Shown one piece after another: positions 35,500 to 49,508 of a stretch of 64,000 bases of DNA (position 1 is the first letter of the stretch; the number at the start of each line of letters is the position of its first letter). The notes beneath the pieces are model-generated. The model was not told where the DNA came from. It did no database searches and saw nothing but the letters and a program-made list of their open reading frames with translations. Origin of the DNA: Octopus sinensis. Taxonomy: Eukaryota. The stretch covers positions 205,158,001 through 205,222,000 of the forward strand of contig NC_042997.1 of the NCBI RefSeq assembly GCF_006345805.1, given 5' to 3'. The position numbers were made by a program, and so were the translations under genes.

Positions 35500-36100
35500 T
35501 GCAGCGAGAATCAGTCCTACCGTTTGGCTTTTAGTACAGAGCTTTTGAGCCATTGTTGGATTTTACTTAGGCTCTCTTTCTCTCTGTCAAGCCTTGCAGG
35601 GTATTGGACATGAAGTCATTTTTCTCTCCATTGACAATACTTGCCACATTGTCATGATGTCCCTTATATTCTTTCCGGGCTAGTGGCGTACACTGACTGG
35701 TAATATGCATACGGTTCACCATTTTGTCTACAAACTCTGTACTTATCACTTTCTGATGTGTTGTCTATTCTGTATTTGATATAATTGGTTCTTAATGCTT
35801 GATCTTAGGCAGCACAGATTAGAGTCTCCGTTTCTGGTTATAAATCACATTTAGTCATCCATAGCCATCGTTTTTCTCTGTCTGTCTTATCTTCAACATC
35901 TCTATGAAATTTTTCATTCATTCTTTTCTTTATCCACCTATTTTCAGTTACATTCATTCTCAAGTGCTTGTACAATAATTTATCTTTGCAATCTTCCATC
36001 CATCACAAGTCTGACCTTCTTACTTCTTATAATAGCGGTTCTGTGGCATTTTTTACCTACCATGCTATGTTGTTTTCTTATTTTCTCTAGTGCTATGTTT
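35500..36100 (-). mobile_element. Degraded R4/Dong fragment (tiny further fragment ~34460-34530)
   Basis: PETETLICAA.DQALRTN, HITSQCTPLARKEYK.HHDNVA; NVSLKETEKLSKYKDLEI at ~34470-34525. Confidence 0.7.
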
Positions 36101-36189
36101 GCATCCAATCAGTCCTCTTCTCCCTCTTTTTCTTGGTACATACAGTCTGTCTGTATCACTTTTTGGGTGGTGTATCCCATATCTCGACA

Positions 36190-36490
36190 GAAATGATTAT
36201 CATCATCATCATCATCATATTCCTTTTATCACAGGTTTTGTTGGTGTTCCTGGAGAATTGCTTGCGTAGCGGGCTTGCTAATTGCACCCGAGGCGAACCT
36301 CTTTTAACAGTTCTACTGGGCATTCTATTCTAATTTCTTTGATATTTATCTTGATGTCTTCTGATGCTATTTCCATGGAACCAACAATAAATGGCACTAT
36401 CTTCACATTCTTAATTTTCCACAGGCGGGCTATTCGTACTTAAGAGTGTTGTATTATCTATCTATCTATCTATCTATTATCTATCATCTA

Positions 36491-36525
<35 letters not shown>

Positions 36526-36605
36526 AGATATATATATATATATCTATATCTGTATATCTATCTATCTAATATCTATCTATCTATTCTATCTATCTATTAT
36601 CTACT

Positions 36606-36636
<31 letters not shown>

Positions 36637-36639
36637 CTA

Positions 36640-36680
<41 letters not shown>

Positions 36681-37590
36681 GTATCTATCTATCTATTATC
36701 TATCTACTATCTATCTAATATATCATCTTTTCGCCTTCCTTCTTGACTATTCGTGACTACAGCATATGCGGAGCACCTTGTCTACCACCAATAGGTCCCG
36801 GTCTATTATGCAGTAGTGCCTGATCTGTTTGGATTGGGAAATCCCAAAGGTTTGCTAGTCTCCGTCTCCGCACTCCCTGCGGTGTGCTCATACCACGTCT
36901 TTCCTCTCTCTAGCCCCCACTTTTCGCACACTTTCCAATGTAGCACTTTCGCTACCTGGTAATATCGCCACGACTTCTAGTGGTTTGTGGTCAAATCTTA
37001 AGCATTCCTTCTCTGTTGCAGATTCGGCACAACGGAGACACTTGCTCATTCCTAAGGTTGACCCTCCAGTTCGTGGCGAAAGCTTGGTCTTGTGCTGCTG
37101 GTCTCGTTTTTTAGGGTTCCTTTCATCAACCAATCCCACCTCCCTTTCCCAGCAACTTCTGTGTCTGGCTACATGGAATTGATTGTGTAGTCCCTTCTTG
37201 CGTAATTCTTCCTCATGTCCCTTTTTGTACTTCTTCCTTTGTTTTCCCTTTTCTCACTGCCATCAATACTCACTCACTCCTAACTGTCGCTATGAAGGTT
37301 TCCGTACTTTGGGCTTAATATCTCATTAAGCTCTCGCGTTCGATACGTACGCAGTCTTCCATAACTATCAGTCCCTTTCCTCCATTTGCTCTATTCATGT
37401 ATAGACGATCAATGTCTTCACGTTGATGATGGGCTCCATGCATCGTCAGGAGCTTTCTTGACTTCCTGTCCATCTCCTTTAGCTCCTCCTCTGCTCACTT
37501 CAGGATTCCAGCGACATACCGAACTACTGTGACTGCGGGCAATTTTTTTCCACCTGTCCGACGCGTCGGGTTTTTCTTCTGAACAAAATA
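36190..37590 (-). mobile_element. R4/Dong LINE, second family, interrupted by (TATC)n at ~36455-36720
   Basis: VRYVAGIL, EMDRKSRKLLTMHGAHH..DIDRLY..R..GGKGL, HWKVCEKWGL..WYEH, QTD..L.HNRP; ends in (ATC)n. Confidence 0.82.
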
Positions 37591-37668
37591 ACACCCGATG
37601 GAGGCCTCACTTCCCCTCATGTTCATTTCTTCAACTCTACTCACTTTTTTGTTCCACACGCACCACAC

Positions 37669-37707
<39 letters not shown>

Positions 37708-37739
37708 TACATTTCAAAATAACATATATGCGAATTTGC

Positions 37740-37772
<33 letters not shown>

Positions 37773-38299
37773 GTGTGTGCTTGTTGTATGGTACACGCGT
37801 GAGCGGAAAAGACCACCCGGAAGACCTCCACGACGGTGGAGTTACGATTTCAGGAGGACGATTGGGATCACGTGGATGAGAAAGGCGCGATCCAGAGAGG
37901 AGTGGACAGCGTGCTGTGACCAGCAGTGTCAAATGGACGCCTGACGGACTGGTCGGTCAAGGTGATATATATATATATATATATATAATATATAATATAT
38001 ATATATATAGTATGTATGTATGTATGTATGTATGTATGTATGTATGTATGTATGCATATATATGTGTGTGTGTGTATGTATGTATGTGTGTGTGTATGTA
38101 TGTATGTATATATGTATATATGTATACCTTGAAGACAGCTGCTGCTCGTGAAGTGAGAGATTCCACGCTATGTTGTCTATGGACTAATGCTGCTCCGTTT
38201 GTGCTTGCTTTTCAGAGTGTCCTTATACTTCAGTTAAGGCCTTCTTTGTTTGTGTGAACTGTACGTGAGCTCGCCATATACATTTATTTTTTTACAATA

Positions 38300-38880
38300 G
38301 GACAATTTATATTTATAATCTCAACCGAAGCAATTAATCTGATAACATGGCCAGTGCAGCGTCGCTGTGCCTTCAGTAGTATGGACTCAAAGCTTCATGA
38401 GCGAGTTCCTTGCAGCACTTCGTGGTTTGCCATCCTGACCTATCAGCGAGTGCCTATGGTCCTGCGTAGTGCCCTTGTGCGAAAATGTCCTGGCTGTTTG
38501 ACGTGCCGGCGGCATGGGTTCTATGCTTCTCACCGAAAGAGCAGTTTAGAGACAACTACAACCTCGGAGACCTTAGACTTTGTTGACAGTCTGATGCCTT
38601 TCTGCTGGAGTACTTTCACTTTCAGTCTGCTAAATACCTGGCTGGCCTTGTGGATTTTGGGTGAGATTTCTATGTCAAGTGATCCATCGGGGGAGATTGT
38701 ACTGCCAAGGTACTCATAATTCTCCACACACTTCAGCTGAACTCCCCCAATGGTGATGCTTGGCTAGGATAAAATAGTGTTCGGGGCTGCTTGGGCTAGA
38801 ACCTCCGTTTTCCCAAGGTTGTTGGTCAGTCTAAAAAGCCTTGATTCTTCTACAAAGCGAACGACCACGATCTGCACGTG
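38300..38880 (-). mobile_element. RTE-clade LINE RT fragment
   Basis: NLGKTEVL.Q, YEYLGSTISPDGSLDIEI..IHKASQVFSRL..KVLQQKGIRLSTK.KV. Confidence 0.82.
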
Positions 38881-39093
38881 ATTTCCCTTGTGTACCATTA
38901 GGTGCAAATTTATCCGCAAATAGGGATTCAGCGATATGGTCGAGCCTGTGTGATTCTTTATAGGCATTTATATCCGTTTTTCGTTTAGACTAGTGCAGAT
39001 CACTATTATTAAAATTATACAATGTGATTAAATAATTCGAACAAATTACTAAAAAGGTTTAAACAGTTTTATTTTACCACAAATATTAGTAAA

Positions 39094-41281
39094 TTAACAC
39101 ACTGGTCTGTGGCGCATTCTCTTCTCGAATATATTAATTGTATCAATAAGTTTGTCTGAGAGAGAAATGGCAAAATCAAATTTAATATTAATTATTGACA
39201 ATAATTTAGGTATCATAGAAGTCATCAATATCAAAGTAATCTTTGTGAAAACTGATAGTCGAGATCATTTCGATTTATTATATTGTTGCAAGCAAAGAAG
39301 AAAGATACGATTAGAAACAGTTTCACAATGGATTTACCAATCTCGTATCTCAAAGAAAATGATGGTTAACAATTGTCTTGAGCAATTTAGCATTTATGAA
39401 TTCCTCTCCGTATTTTTCCTGGACTAAATTTGGACGGAACATTTTAGTGAATTTTATAGACTGAAATATTATTGACTGATACTGCTTTAGAAAGGCGTTC
39501 ACAATTGCAATGCCATAAACGAAAAACATGGCAAGAAACCATATGTAACCTACACAATCGGGTTTAGCAAGTACTACAGTAGCTATGGTGAATATGTAGT
39601 TGCTTAAGATTTGAAAACTTACAAGAAATACGTAGATTGAACAAATCGCCCATGATATATAAAATGGCAACGATAGAAATGTTAAAGGTACAGCAACTAT
39701 CTTGAAAATATAATTGGGACTCAGATAGAGTGGAAGATATAAACTTTGGAATACTTAATGGTAAAGTTAAAATCCAGTAAACAATTGGGATTCCGTAATA
39801 AACGAGGCACAGAAATAATTCACAGACGGAAAATATAGCAAATAAAATTGTGATCGCAATAAAAAACCAAGCAATAGGAATTTCCAGAAAATATTTCTGT
39901 TGTAGTAATATAACCAAATTTTCTTGATACGGTTAATCTAAGTATAAACTATTAAATGCCAGAATTTGGGTTTAAGCAGTAGAAATATTAGCTTTCATTA
40001 TTGCATAGAGTAGATCATAATCCTGTTCTGTAGAAATTTAAGCTGCCATACTTCTCTAATAATCTGATATTTTGAATGAGAAACGTGAAAGTGGAACTTT
40101 GATGTAATGTATTATAAGCGATAGTCTCACTTAAACGACTGGGAAGAACGAAGAGAATACAGTTAAAAATACGTAGCCGATGAACCACAAAAAGGGACCC
40201 CCGAGGAAGCCACCTGTATTTTCATAACTTTCTGGAATTCCTAATATTAGGGCGCGATAGCCCAATGGTATGCGGTCTTGTATAAATATTTTTGTTGTTT
40301 CATATAAAAAGAAGTAATACATCAAAAGATCCAGGAGAATTACTAAAGGAAAAAACATAATGCAAAAGAATCTTCTTAGTCTTGAGGCAAAGAAAGAAGA
40401 ATAATGGAAACAAATAAGCAAGACAGAAAATGAGAGAACTGTAAATACTATTTTTTCCATTGATCCATTCTGATTCGTATGGCATTGTGTTTCGATAGTA
40501 ATATGAAGGTAATTGGCTTTTGAAACAAAAACTAATAAGCAATGGGAAAAATATCCACAAAACTGTTCCAACAATATTTTCATAATTGATAAACATACTA
40601 TTTTCAATATTATTTCCTAAACAAATAGATTTGGGGTGATAAAGATTACTTTCGTTTTTATAGAGTTTACAGCAATAGTTCTTCACTATCTCCGATTTAT
40701 ACCAATTCTTCTGCAAGCTTCATATGCGTGAGGGCTGGTTCTTCTTCATGTCTTGAGACAAATTTACAAAAAAAACACATGTATCCTGATTTTCCCATTT
40801 GCAATTTATCGATAAATACGAGTTTCTTCTTTTCCTTGAAAATCAAATATATTATATCGCGTCTGTGAATATTTTGTTTTCTACATTTTATATCGATATT
40901 AATTCTTGGATAAGCAATATAGACATCTAACAAATTCAAAGAGTAAATTGAAAAATCATAGTAGAAATTTTTATATGCTATTAAACCGTCTGGTTCATCT
41001 GGGATCCAGGTAAAGTGTCTCGCGTTTGCAAAATAATCCAATGGTACAGGATTAAGAAGGTCATCAAGTGTCTTGTTTGATAAATGGAATTCAAAATTGA
41101 AAACCTTTTTTTCCAATTTTACTAAACGAGATAAAATCTCACTGACATTGGGAGGGATTTTAATTTGGCAATCATTGTCGAGTTCCTTCGCTTCGATGTT
41201 TAGTGATGTCAGTGTGATAATAAGAATGATTGAAACAATAAGAGAACTGGTTGCTGTTGTTGTCGTCTGCATGGCAGCCAT
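39094..41281 (-). pseudogene. Full-length inverted paralog of the 740-aa membrane protein with several frameshifts
   Basis: ORFs 40697-41281, 40300-40716, 40131-40607, 39564-39917 and 39350-39670 tile the whole protein, from MAAMQT to ...IDTINIFEKRMRHRPVC-stop. Frameshifts near 40770 (+1 in T run), ~40725, ~40690 and ~40035. Confidence 0.85.
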
Positions 41282-41291
41282 ATTTAATTAT

Positions 41292-41320
41292 CTGTAATAA
41301 TAACAGAAAAGAACATAAGA
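41292..41320 (-). promoter_or_regulatory. 3' splice acceptor upstream of the inverted paralog
   Basis: Minus strand CTTATGTTCTTTTCTGTTATTATTACAG|ATAATTAAAT-ATG; AG exactly 10 nt before ATG as in copy 1. Confidence 0.65.
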
Positions 41321-41592
41321 TAATGAAGATTCGTTTTAGGTTCATTATTCCATAGATATTTCAAACAGAAAATATTCATTATAAACCTGAAAGTAAACTT
41401 TTTGCTTTTTTTTTTAGTATTAAATATAAATATTAATGTCCGGACAGGTGGTGTACAAAGCAAACACATGTATTAGTATAACGGTCAGGAATAGAAAAAG
41501 ATTTGTACGTTTCGAGCCTACGCTCTTCTACAGGAAGGGACATAGAAATAACAAGGAGAGAAAAAATGTGTGTAGTGGCTAACGATATATAT

Positions 41593-41680
<88 letters not shown>

Positions 41681-41989
41681 GTATATATTTGAATAAAGTG
41701 GGAAAACGAATTTCCAAATCGACCAGGTACACACCCTTTAACATTATATGCATTTTAATCTGGAGAATATATACCGTGTATTCAACATCACCATATCGTG
41801 CAGTGGCGTCATGATTATAATATATTTATATATATATATTTATATAGAAATATACAAAATATATAATAATATAAATTAATAATAGTTCAGTTATTGGGAT
41901 TTCAATCAATAAGATTTGTGGGTATTCCATTTGAAATAATGCAAAAATAACATAACGTGTATTTATGTCGGAGCCTATCTCTGTCACGA

Positions 41990-42940
41990 ATGGGGTAAAA
42001 CATGATGATATACATTAAACACATCAGCGAATCTTGATGATGAAGTGTCACTACGCATTCAGAAACTCAGTTTTGCTTTCGGCAAATTAGAAGACCGCCT
42101 ATGGTCTAGACATGCGACAAAGATTAAGGTATACAATACATGTATATTCACCTCTTTGTTGAATGCTTGCGAAACCTGGACTGTGTATCGTAAGCACTTA
42201 AAACTTATGGAACGTTTTCATCAACAATGTCTGAGAAGGATTTTGAGGATCATCTGGAAAATGTTTGTGAGTGACGATGAAGAGGCTTGAAAGAGGGAAA
42301 TGCTTCGGTATTGAAGCTTTGCTATTGCAGTACAGATTGAGATGGAATGACACTTAGTGAGAATGACAACCAACAGAATGCCTAAAACAGCTTTTTACGG
42401 AGAATTGGTGACAGGTAAGCGTCCGTCCCACAACCAAAGACGTGGTACAGAGATTGTCTGAAGTCAGGATTGAATAAGATAAACGTTCCAATTGACAACT
42501 GTGAAGATTTAGCGCATTGCCAAGAAAAATGGAAAAAAATTTCGTATGAAGGCAAAAATGAATTTGAAAGAAAGAGAATGGAGCATGGCAAGATCAAAAG
42601 AAAGATGAAACAAAGTGACAGGAATGATATTCAACAAATATTGATGAACGTGGTCATCATACATGGGATGAATGTGGAAAGATTTGCCTTAGTAAGGCTG
42701 GGTTAAAGAGCCACATGAAATCCCACATGGAACAACCGCGCATTGATTATAGATGGACAAAAGATTTCGAATGCAACCTCTGTCATAAAGTATGCAGATT
42801 GAAAAGTGGCTTGAAGAGGCACAGTAAACTTCATGGAGCTGTAAACTATACAATTACCAAGTTTTCTTGCGCTAATTGTTAAAAAGCATGCAAGTCTTTG
42901 GCAGGCCTCAAAGATCACATTCGTGCCGCTCATTGATGAT
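41990..42940 (+). mobile_element. RTE-clade LINE 3' fragment
   Basis: LDDEVSLRIQK.S.AFGKL..RLW, TKIKVY, CETWTVYRKH.K.MERFHQQCLRRIL, RMPKQLFYGEL..GKR. Confidence 0.85.
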
Positions 42941-43069
42941 ATTCTAGGGCATAATTAAGTCAAGATATGGCTCTACTTGAAATCGAGTCGGCTACTATCA
43001 TATATGTAAGTATGTGTGTGCGTGTGAGTATGTGTGTGTTGTGTGTGTGTGTGTGTGTCTGGCTGTGTG

Positions 43070-43225
43070 TGTCTGGCTGTGTGTTAAGAAGCTTGCTTCC
43101 CAACAACATGGTTCCAGATTCAGTCCCACTTCGTGGCACCATGGGCAAGTATCTTCTACTATAGCCTCGGGCCGACCAAAGTCTTCTGAGTGGATTTGGT
43201 AGACGGAAACAGAAAGAAGCCCGTC
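43070..43225 (+). mobile_element. SINE family 1 head
   Basis: GGCTGTGTGTTAAGAAGCTTGCTTCCCAAC...AGAAAGAAGCCCGTCG. Confidence 0.8.
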
Positions 43226-43241
43226 GAATATATATATGTAT

Positions 43242-43299
<58 letters not shown>

Positions 43300-43384
43300 A
43301 ATATATATATATATAATATATATTGGTAAAACGGAAGATAACAAAAGAAAGAAAGAGACCTCAATATTATGTAAATAGAGGAAA

Positions 43385-44899
43385 TTTATCTATACAATAA
43401 TATGTTACATTACTCAATAGTCAAGATAAAACTCTGAGTTTCAGATGCCGAAGTGGAAATCCACAACACCATCTCTTCGGTTATCTGGCTATTTGAAAAC
43501 GCTATGAAAAAAAATACCGTTATACAAAGGGAAATTACTGTGTTATAACTCTGCTTGCCTGCGTACTTATACATCGCTCGCTCGCATTTTTCGTCATAAA
43601 ATTATATAAAAATACATAAAAAATATATAAAATCTTCTTGGGACATAACATAGAAAGCATTTTCTATCTGTTTTCTTTAGGGGACCAAAACGTAACAGAA
43701 ATTTAGTCCCATGTGTGCATGATCCGAAAAGTTCTGTCCTTGTGTTTAGACATGTAGTAGGGTCTAAGCTGCTTTTCCAGATAAGCCATCTCTCCATGTC
43801 GCATAGACCGCACCTTCCGCTGCCGTTGGTATAGGGCTTACATCTGGCCAAAATCTTCCAATGTATGTTATAATCGACACCTTTATCTCTTAAAGACCAA
43901 ATATGATTAGATAATTGTGTCGCTTTTCTTTTGTTTCAGTGCCTAAAGCTCAAAGTGTGGTTATTGAAGCTGGCCTTGAAGTTACCCTCTGTAAGGCCCA
44001 CGTATTTCTTCGACGAAACGGTGTCTTTAGTGGTTATAGAGTTTACGGTAGCTTCATATATGATGGTCTTGGACATGCAAGCTCCATTTAGCGGGCACAA
44101 TTCTTTATTCCTGCATGAACAGCTGTTTTCTTGTTGTGTTTTTTGTATGTTATGTTTGATTATGTTTTTAAAATTGGTAGTGGAACTAAAACTAATTTTT
44201 AAATTGTGTCTATTGAAGAGTTTCCTATAAGTATGGTTAACTAGAAAATGTCTATCTATCAGTGCTAGGAAATATTTACCTATATTGAAGGCCACCTCGG
44301 GTGAGTAAGGGAGCGTAAACCAGATGACCTTCCTATTTCTATTATTCCTTTTCCTTACTGTTGGGCTAGTAATGGGTGTATATTTTATTTTTTCGCTAAA
44401 ACCACTATCTTTTAAAGCCTTATTATAAACTGGGGCAACGCTATTGAAGATGTCCTTATCAGAGGAGAGGCTAGAAATCCTCTTACTAATATTTTAAACT
44501 AAATTTTTGAAAACTATAGGGGGATGGCATGAACCTACATTAATATAACTTAGTCTATCATTGGGCTTCCTATAAGGCTTATAAATATTCTTATTAAGAT
44601 CTAAGGAAACGTTTTTGGTCCCCTAAAGAAAACAGATAGAACATGCTTTCTATGTTATGTCCCAAGAAGATTTTATATATTTTTTATGTATTTTTATATA
44701 ATTTTTATGACGAAAAATGCGAACGATGTATAAGTACGCATGCAAGCAGAGTTATAACACAGTAATTTCCCTTTGTATAACGGTATTTTTTCATAGCGTT
44801 TTCAAATAGCCAGATAACCGAAGAGATGGTGTTGTGGATTTCCACTTCGGCATCTGAAACTCAGAGTTTTATCTTGACTATTGAGTAATGTAACATATT

Positions 44900-44900
<1 letters not shown>
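43385..44900 (-). mobile_element. 5'-truncated Penelope-like element with inverted pseudo-LTR
   Basis: [41 protein letters not shown] (GIY-YIG), WSL.DK...IQWKIL; 44605-44900 is the reverse complement of ~43390-43690. Confidence 0.9.
43424..43486 (-). ncRNA. Hammerhead-like motif in the Penelope pLTR (also 44812-44874 +, 56393-56455 +)
   Basis: AGATAA-CCGAAGA-GATG...CATC-T-GAAAC-TCAGA-GTT-TTATCT; U4C variant core. Confidence 0.55.
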
Positions 44901-44955
<55 letters not shown>

Positions 44956-45331
44956 ATATTATATATATATATATAATATATATATCCTAATATAATATGA
45001 GCGTAGTGTTTTGTATATTTGTCCAGAATCACGTCGGACGCGGAGGAGGAGAGAAAATAGTAATTCAGTGAAGGAGAAGTAGTGAGAGTAATAGCTCTGA
45101 CTGAGAGGGAGTGAGAGAAAGTAATAGCAATGAGAGAAAGGAAGGAATGATTGTTGAATAAGGAAGGAAGGGGTGAAAAAAAATTAGCCTTCATCTCTGT
45201 ATGAATATGTGTATGTGTGTGTGTGTGTTTGTGTGTGTACAAAGGGAGTTTGTATGTGTGATTATTATGTACCTTATTTGTATATAAAATACTACAATTA
45301 GCCATCATTATGGACGGCATGTGGTCATCCA

Positions 45332-45372
<41 letters not shown>

Positions 45373-45373
<1 letters not shown>

Positions 45374-45748
45374 TAGCAGTATCGCCCGGCGTTGCTCGGG
45401 TTTGTTTCGACCCTTTAGAATTGGAATTTTTGAAAAGTAAAAATTTTTTCATTATGTAGCTTGTTATTCTCTTTAAGTGAACATTTTTCTGGTTGAAATA
45501 CACCGACAAATGGCGACACAGCAGTCAAAAAGACATAAAAAATCGGTATTTTCATTGAAAAAAAGCACCTTTTTGATGTAAATAATTTTTGGTGTTAACA
45601 TGGTCCGATTTGAATTTTATCTTCTACGGAAGGTAGAGCAAGCCTTCTTCTATCATACTCTCAATTTTGGTCAACTTACGCCGCAGGGTCTCGGAGGAGA
45701 TAGTGTTAGTTGAAGGCTGCCAAACCTGCCACACACAGACAACTTCAG

Positions 45749-45750
<2 letters not shown>
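45373..45750 (-). mobile_element. Non-autonomous Helitron-like element
   Basis: Minus-strand 3' end CCCGAGCAACGCCGGG hairpin + CTAG followed by T. Confidence 0.7.
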
Positions 45751-45822
<72 letters not shown>

Positions 45823-45999
45823 ATATAATATATATATACATATGGAAAGAAGAGGTGTATTTCTTGCAGGAAGCAATAGAAGAGAAGATGTTTGCGAAAA
45901 GGCACCAGAATTTGAAAAACTTGTAATTGTTTTTAAATAAATTTATTTATTTAAAATTTATTTATTTATTCCAAACTAGTTTCAGCAATATTTTGTTTA

Positions 46000-46380
46000 T
46001 CTCTCTCTATATAAACGGCAGTTTGTCTGTGCGTTTTCTGTGTGTCTGTTTGCTTGTACCCTCACCCTGACCACGGCTTTCAACCGATTCTGATGAAACT
46101 TGACACACACATAGCCCAATGTCATAATTCAAAACTAACGCAGCGAAAATTTTGAAAAGTTCCCCCAGTTCTGAAAAAAATCGATAAATTCGACATGGGG
46201 TCGAGAATCAGAAACACAAACCGCAAACTGTCTAGGGGACGCAACTCCGCCTTTTTTAACTAAAAAAAAATTTACCATCATTTTTTTCCATTTTTTTGCT
46301 ATTTTTTGGCTATAACTCTCTAAAAATGCTTTATAGTTATTTCCCTTACAAACCTGAGCAACGCCGGGCGATACTGCTAG
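46000..46380 (+). mobile_element. Non-autonomous Helitron-like element
   Basis: A^TC 5' end at 46000, 3' hairpin CCTGAGCAACGCCGGG + CTAG^T at 46380. Confidence 0.75.
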
Positions 46381-47387
46381 TCAATGATACAAATGTATAG
46401 AAAACAAAGCGATTTTAACAGGGTTTAAAATTACGAAGCAGAGAACGATGTTTAAATGATTAAATGTTGACAAAATTCAATGTCAGGGGTAAATAATATC
46501 AAAAATGAATGGTGCGCGCACACGCACATATACATTAATAATTTAGGGTGCTTAGGCTGCGAGCTGGCAGAAACGTTAGCACGCCGGACGAAATGCTTTG
46601 CGGTATTTCGTCCACCGTTACGTTTCTGAGTTCAAATTCCGGCGAGGTCGACTTTGCCTTCCGTCCTTTCGGGGTCGATAAATTAAGTACCAGTTACGCA
46701 CTGGGGTCGATGTAATCGACTTAATCCGTCTGTCTGTCCTTGTTTGTCTCCTCTGTGTTTAGCTCCTAGTGTGTTGTAAAAAAATAGGTACTTCGTCTGC
46801 CGTTACGTTCTGAGTTCAAATTCCGCTGAGGTCGACTTCACATTTCATTCTTTCAGGGTCTATGAATTAAGTACCAGTTGCATGGTGGGGTCAATCTAAT
46901 CCACTGGCCGCCTCCCCCAAACTTTCGGTCCTTGTGCCTAGAGTAGAAAAGAATAATTAAGAGTGCCAAGAGCAATACGACTACAACCAAAAAATTTCTC
47001 TGACAAATATTAATTGAAATCGGGGTAATGAGTCGCCGTCCCAATAACGAAATAATTGTTTTGTGGTTATAGTTATCTTCTGACTGCCATTTCTAGCGTG
47101 CTGGTGATACTTGTAGCATTCTTAATTATTAATTATGGTATTAATTATGGTATTTTCTTACGCCTGGTATGTCACTTGAGATGACCATTCCTTTTATTCT
47201 TGTCTCTTTTTCGTATCATCTGTCTCGATGTTTTGCGTCCTTGTCCCACTTTTTGTATTCCTTTATATACATACATACATACATACATATATACATACAT
47301 GCATGCATATATATATACATATATACATACATACATACACACATACATACATATATATGTTATATATACACATATACACTTATATGC

Positions 47388-47472
<85 letters not shown>

Positions 47473-47564
47473 TAATTGAGGGAATATTATTCCTAACTTA
47501 CAGGGAAAAACTCAATTTAGAAATACTAAATCAAATTTCACAAAATATAATATATATATAATAT

Positions 47565-47633
<69 letters not shown>

Positions 47634-47919
47634 GATTAGAAAACAAAACACCTCTTATCAATTCAAAATACAAAATTAACAATTAAATTACATCATCTAG
47701 AAAATTACATTTATTATATGTATTTTTCGAGTTGGTGTAATTTAATTGTTCATTTTTAATTGATAAAAGGTGATTTTGTTTCAAATTATATATATATATA
47801 ATATATATATATATATAATTAATCAATATAGGGTGGCAAAAAAATTTTGTAGAATTTTTTTGCCACCAGCGGCCTAGTGGGAAAAAAATTAATAGTCATA
47901 GACCATTTTTAAGTTCAAC

Positions 47920-48177
<258 letters not shown>

Positions 48178-49119
48178 GGTGCTAATGAAGCGGAGAGTGA
48201 AAGCAATGGATAGTGCGAAAAGGTAATTTTACCTTGAAATATTCAGATTAGTAGATTTATAAAATGTAACACTCTGCGCAGTTGAACCGGGATCGACATA
48301 AGCTTTTATATGATGAAAAGTTACATTGGACACTGACTTTCGTATATGTGAGAAGCAGGAATCAGAATGTGAAATGAAGCAGGAATCAGAATGTTTTGGG
48401 ACAAGGATGCTTATCGTTAACTAATTATTATTATTATTATTATGATTATTATTAATAATTACTTGTATTATTAAGGCGGCGAGCTAGCAGAATCGTTAGC
48501 ATGCCGGGCAAAGTGCTTAGCGTTATTTCATCTACTGTTACGTTCTGAGTTCACATTCCACCGAGGTTGACTTTGCCTTTCATCCTTTCGGGCATGATAA
48601 AATTAGTACCAGTTACGCACTGGTACTAATTTGAAGCCTTGTACTTCCAGTAGAAAGGATTATTATTAATTTTCTGTATTTAGAAATATTTTGTATCCAT
48701 TTAACCCAAATTTTTATCTTGTATCCTATATAAGTTCCAGTTTTCGTAATTTCCTAATTGATGCATTCCCATGATTGCTGATGTAATTAAAATGATTAAA
48801 GTGTTGACTGATGTTGCTATTTCTGATAATCGCATAATTATTTCTAGTAAATCGTGTAATATTTGCTGACATAATTATGCGAAAATATAACCTCACCTAA
48901 AGCCGAATTTGCAGTTGTAAACAAATTGATGTCCGTGTGTTATAAATAAATATACCTAAAATTTACTTTTATAAATTTCATAATACAGCCGAATGAATAC
49001 TACTGCAATAACATCGAGAGGAATTTACGTAATATATATGAGGTCACTATGTGTATGGTCATTTGTGATTCACTTACTTTAGGATTCCAGGAATTAAGGC
49101 TACAAATTTGTTTGCTCCC

Positions 49120-49413
49120 TATTGGTATTATCATTATTATTTGCTCATTGTCACAGGTTTTGTTGGAGTCTTGCATGCGTAGCGGCCTTATTACCTGCAA
49201 CCTACGCTACCATGCTATTCGTTCTTTTCAGCTAATAATTTTCCTGATTATTCTGGTCATGCCAAGGAGGCAAACGTTTTGTAACAGTTCTACTGGACAC
49301 TCTATTCCAATTTCCTTTATATTCATCTTCATGCCTTCTGATGCTGTTCCCAAGGAACCAACAATAATTGGCATTATCTTCACCATCTTCATTTTTGAAG
49401 ACATGATTGTATC

Positions 49414-49508
<95 letters not shown>

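Noticed and set aside
46088-46102. CTGATGAAAC as a hammerhead core
   Set aside because: No stem II or GAAA-GUH arrangement; part of the Helitron-like interior.
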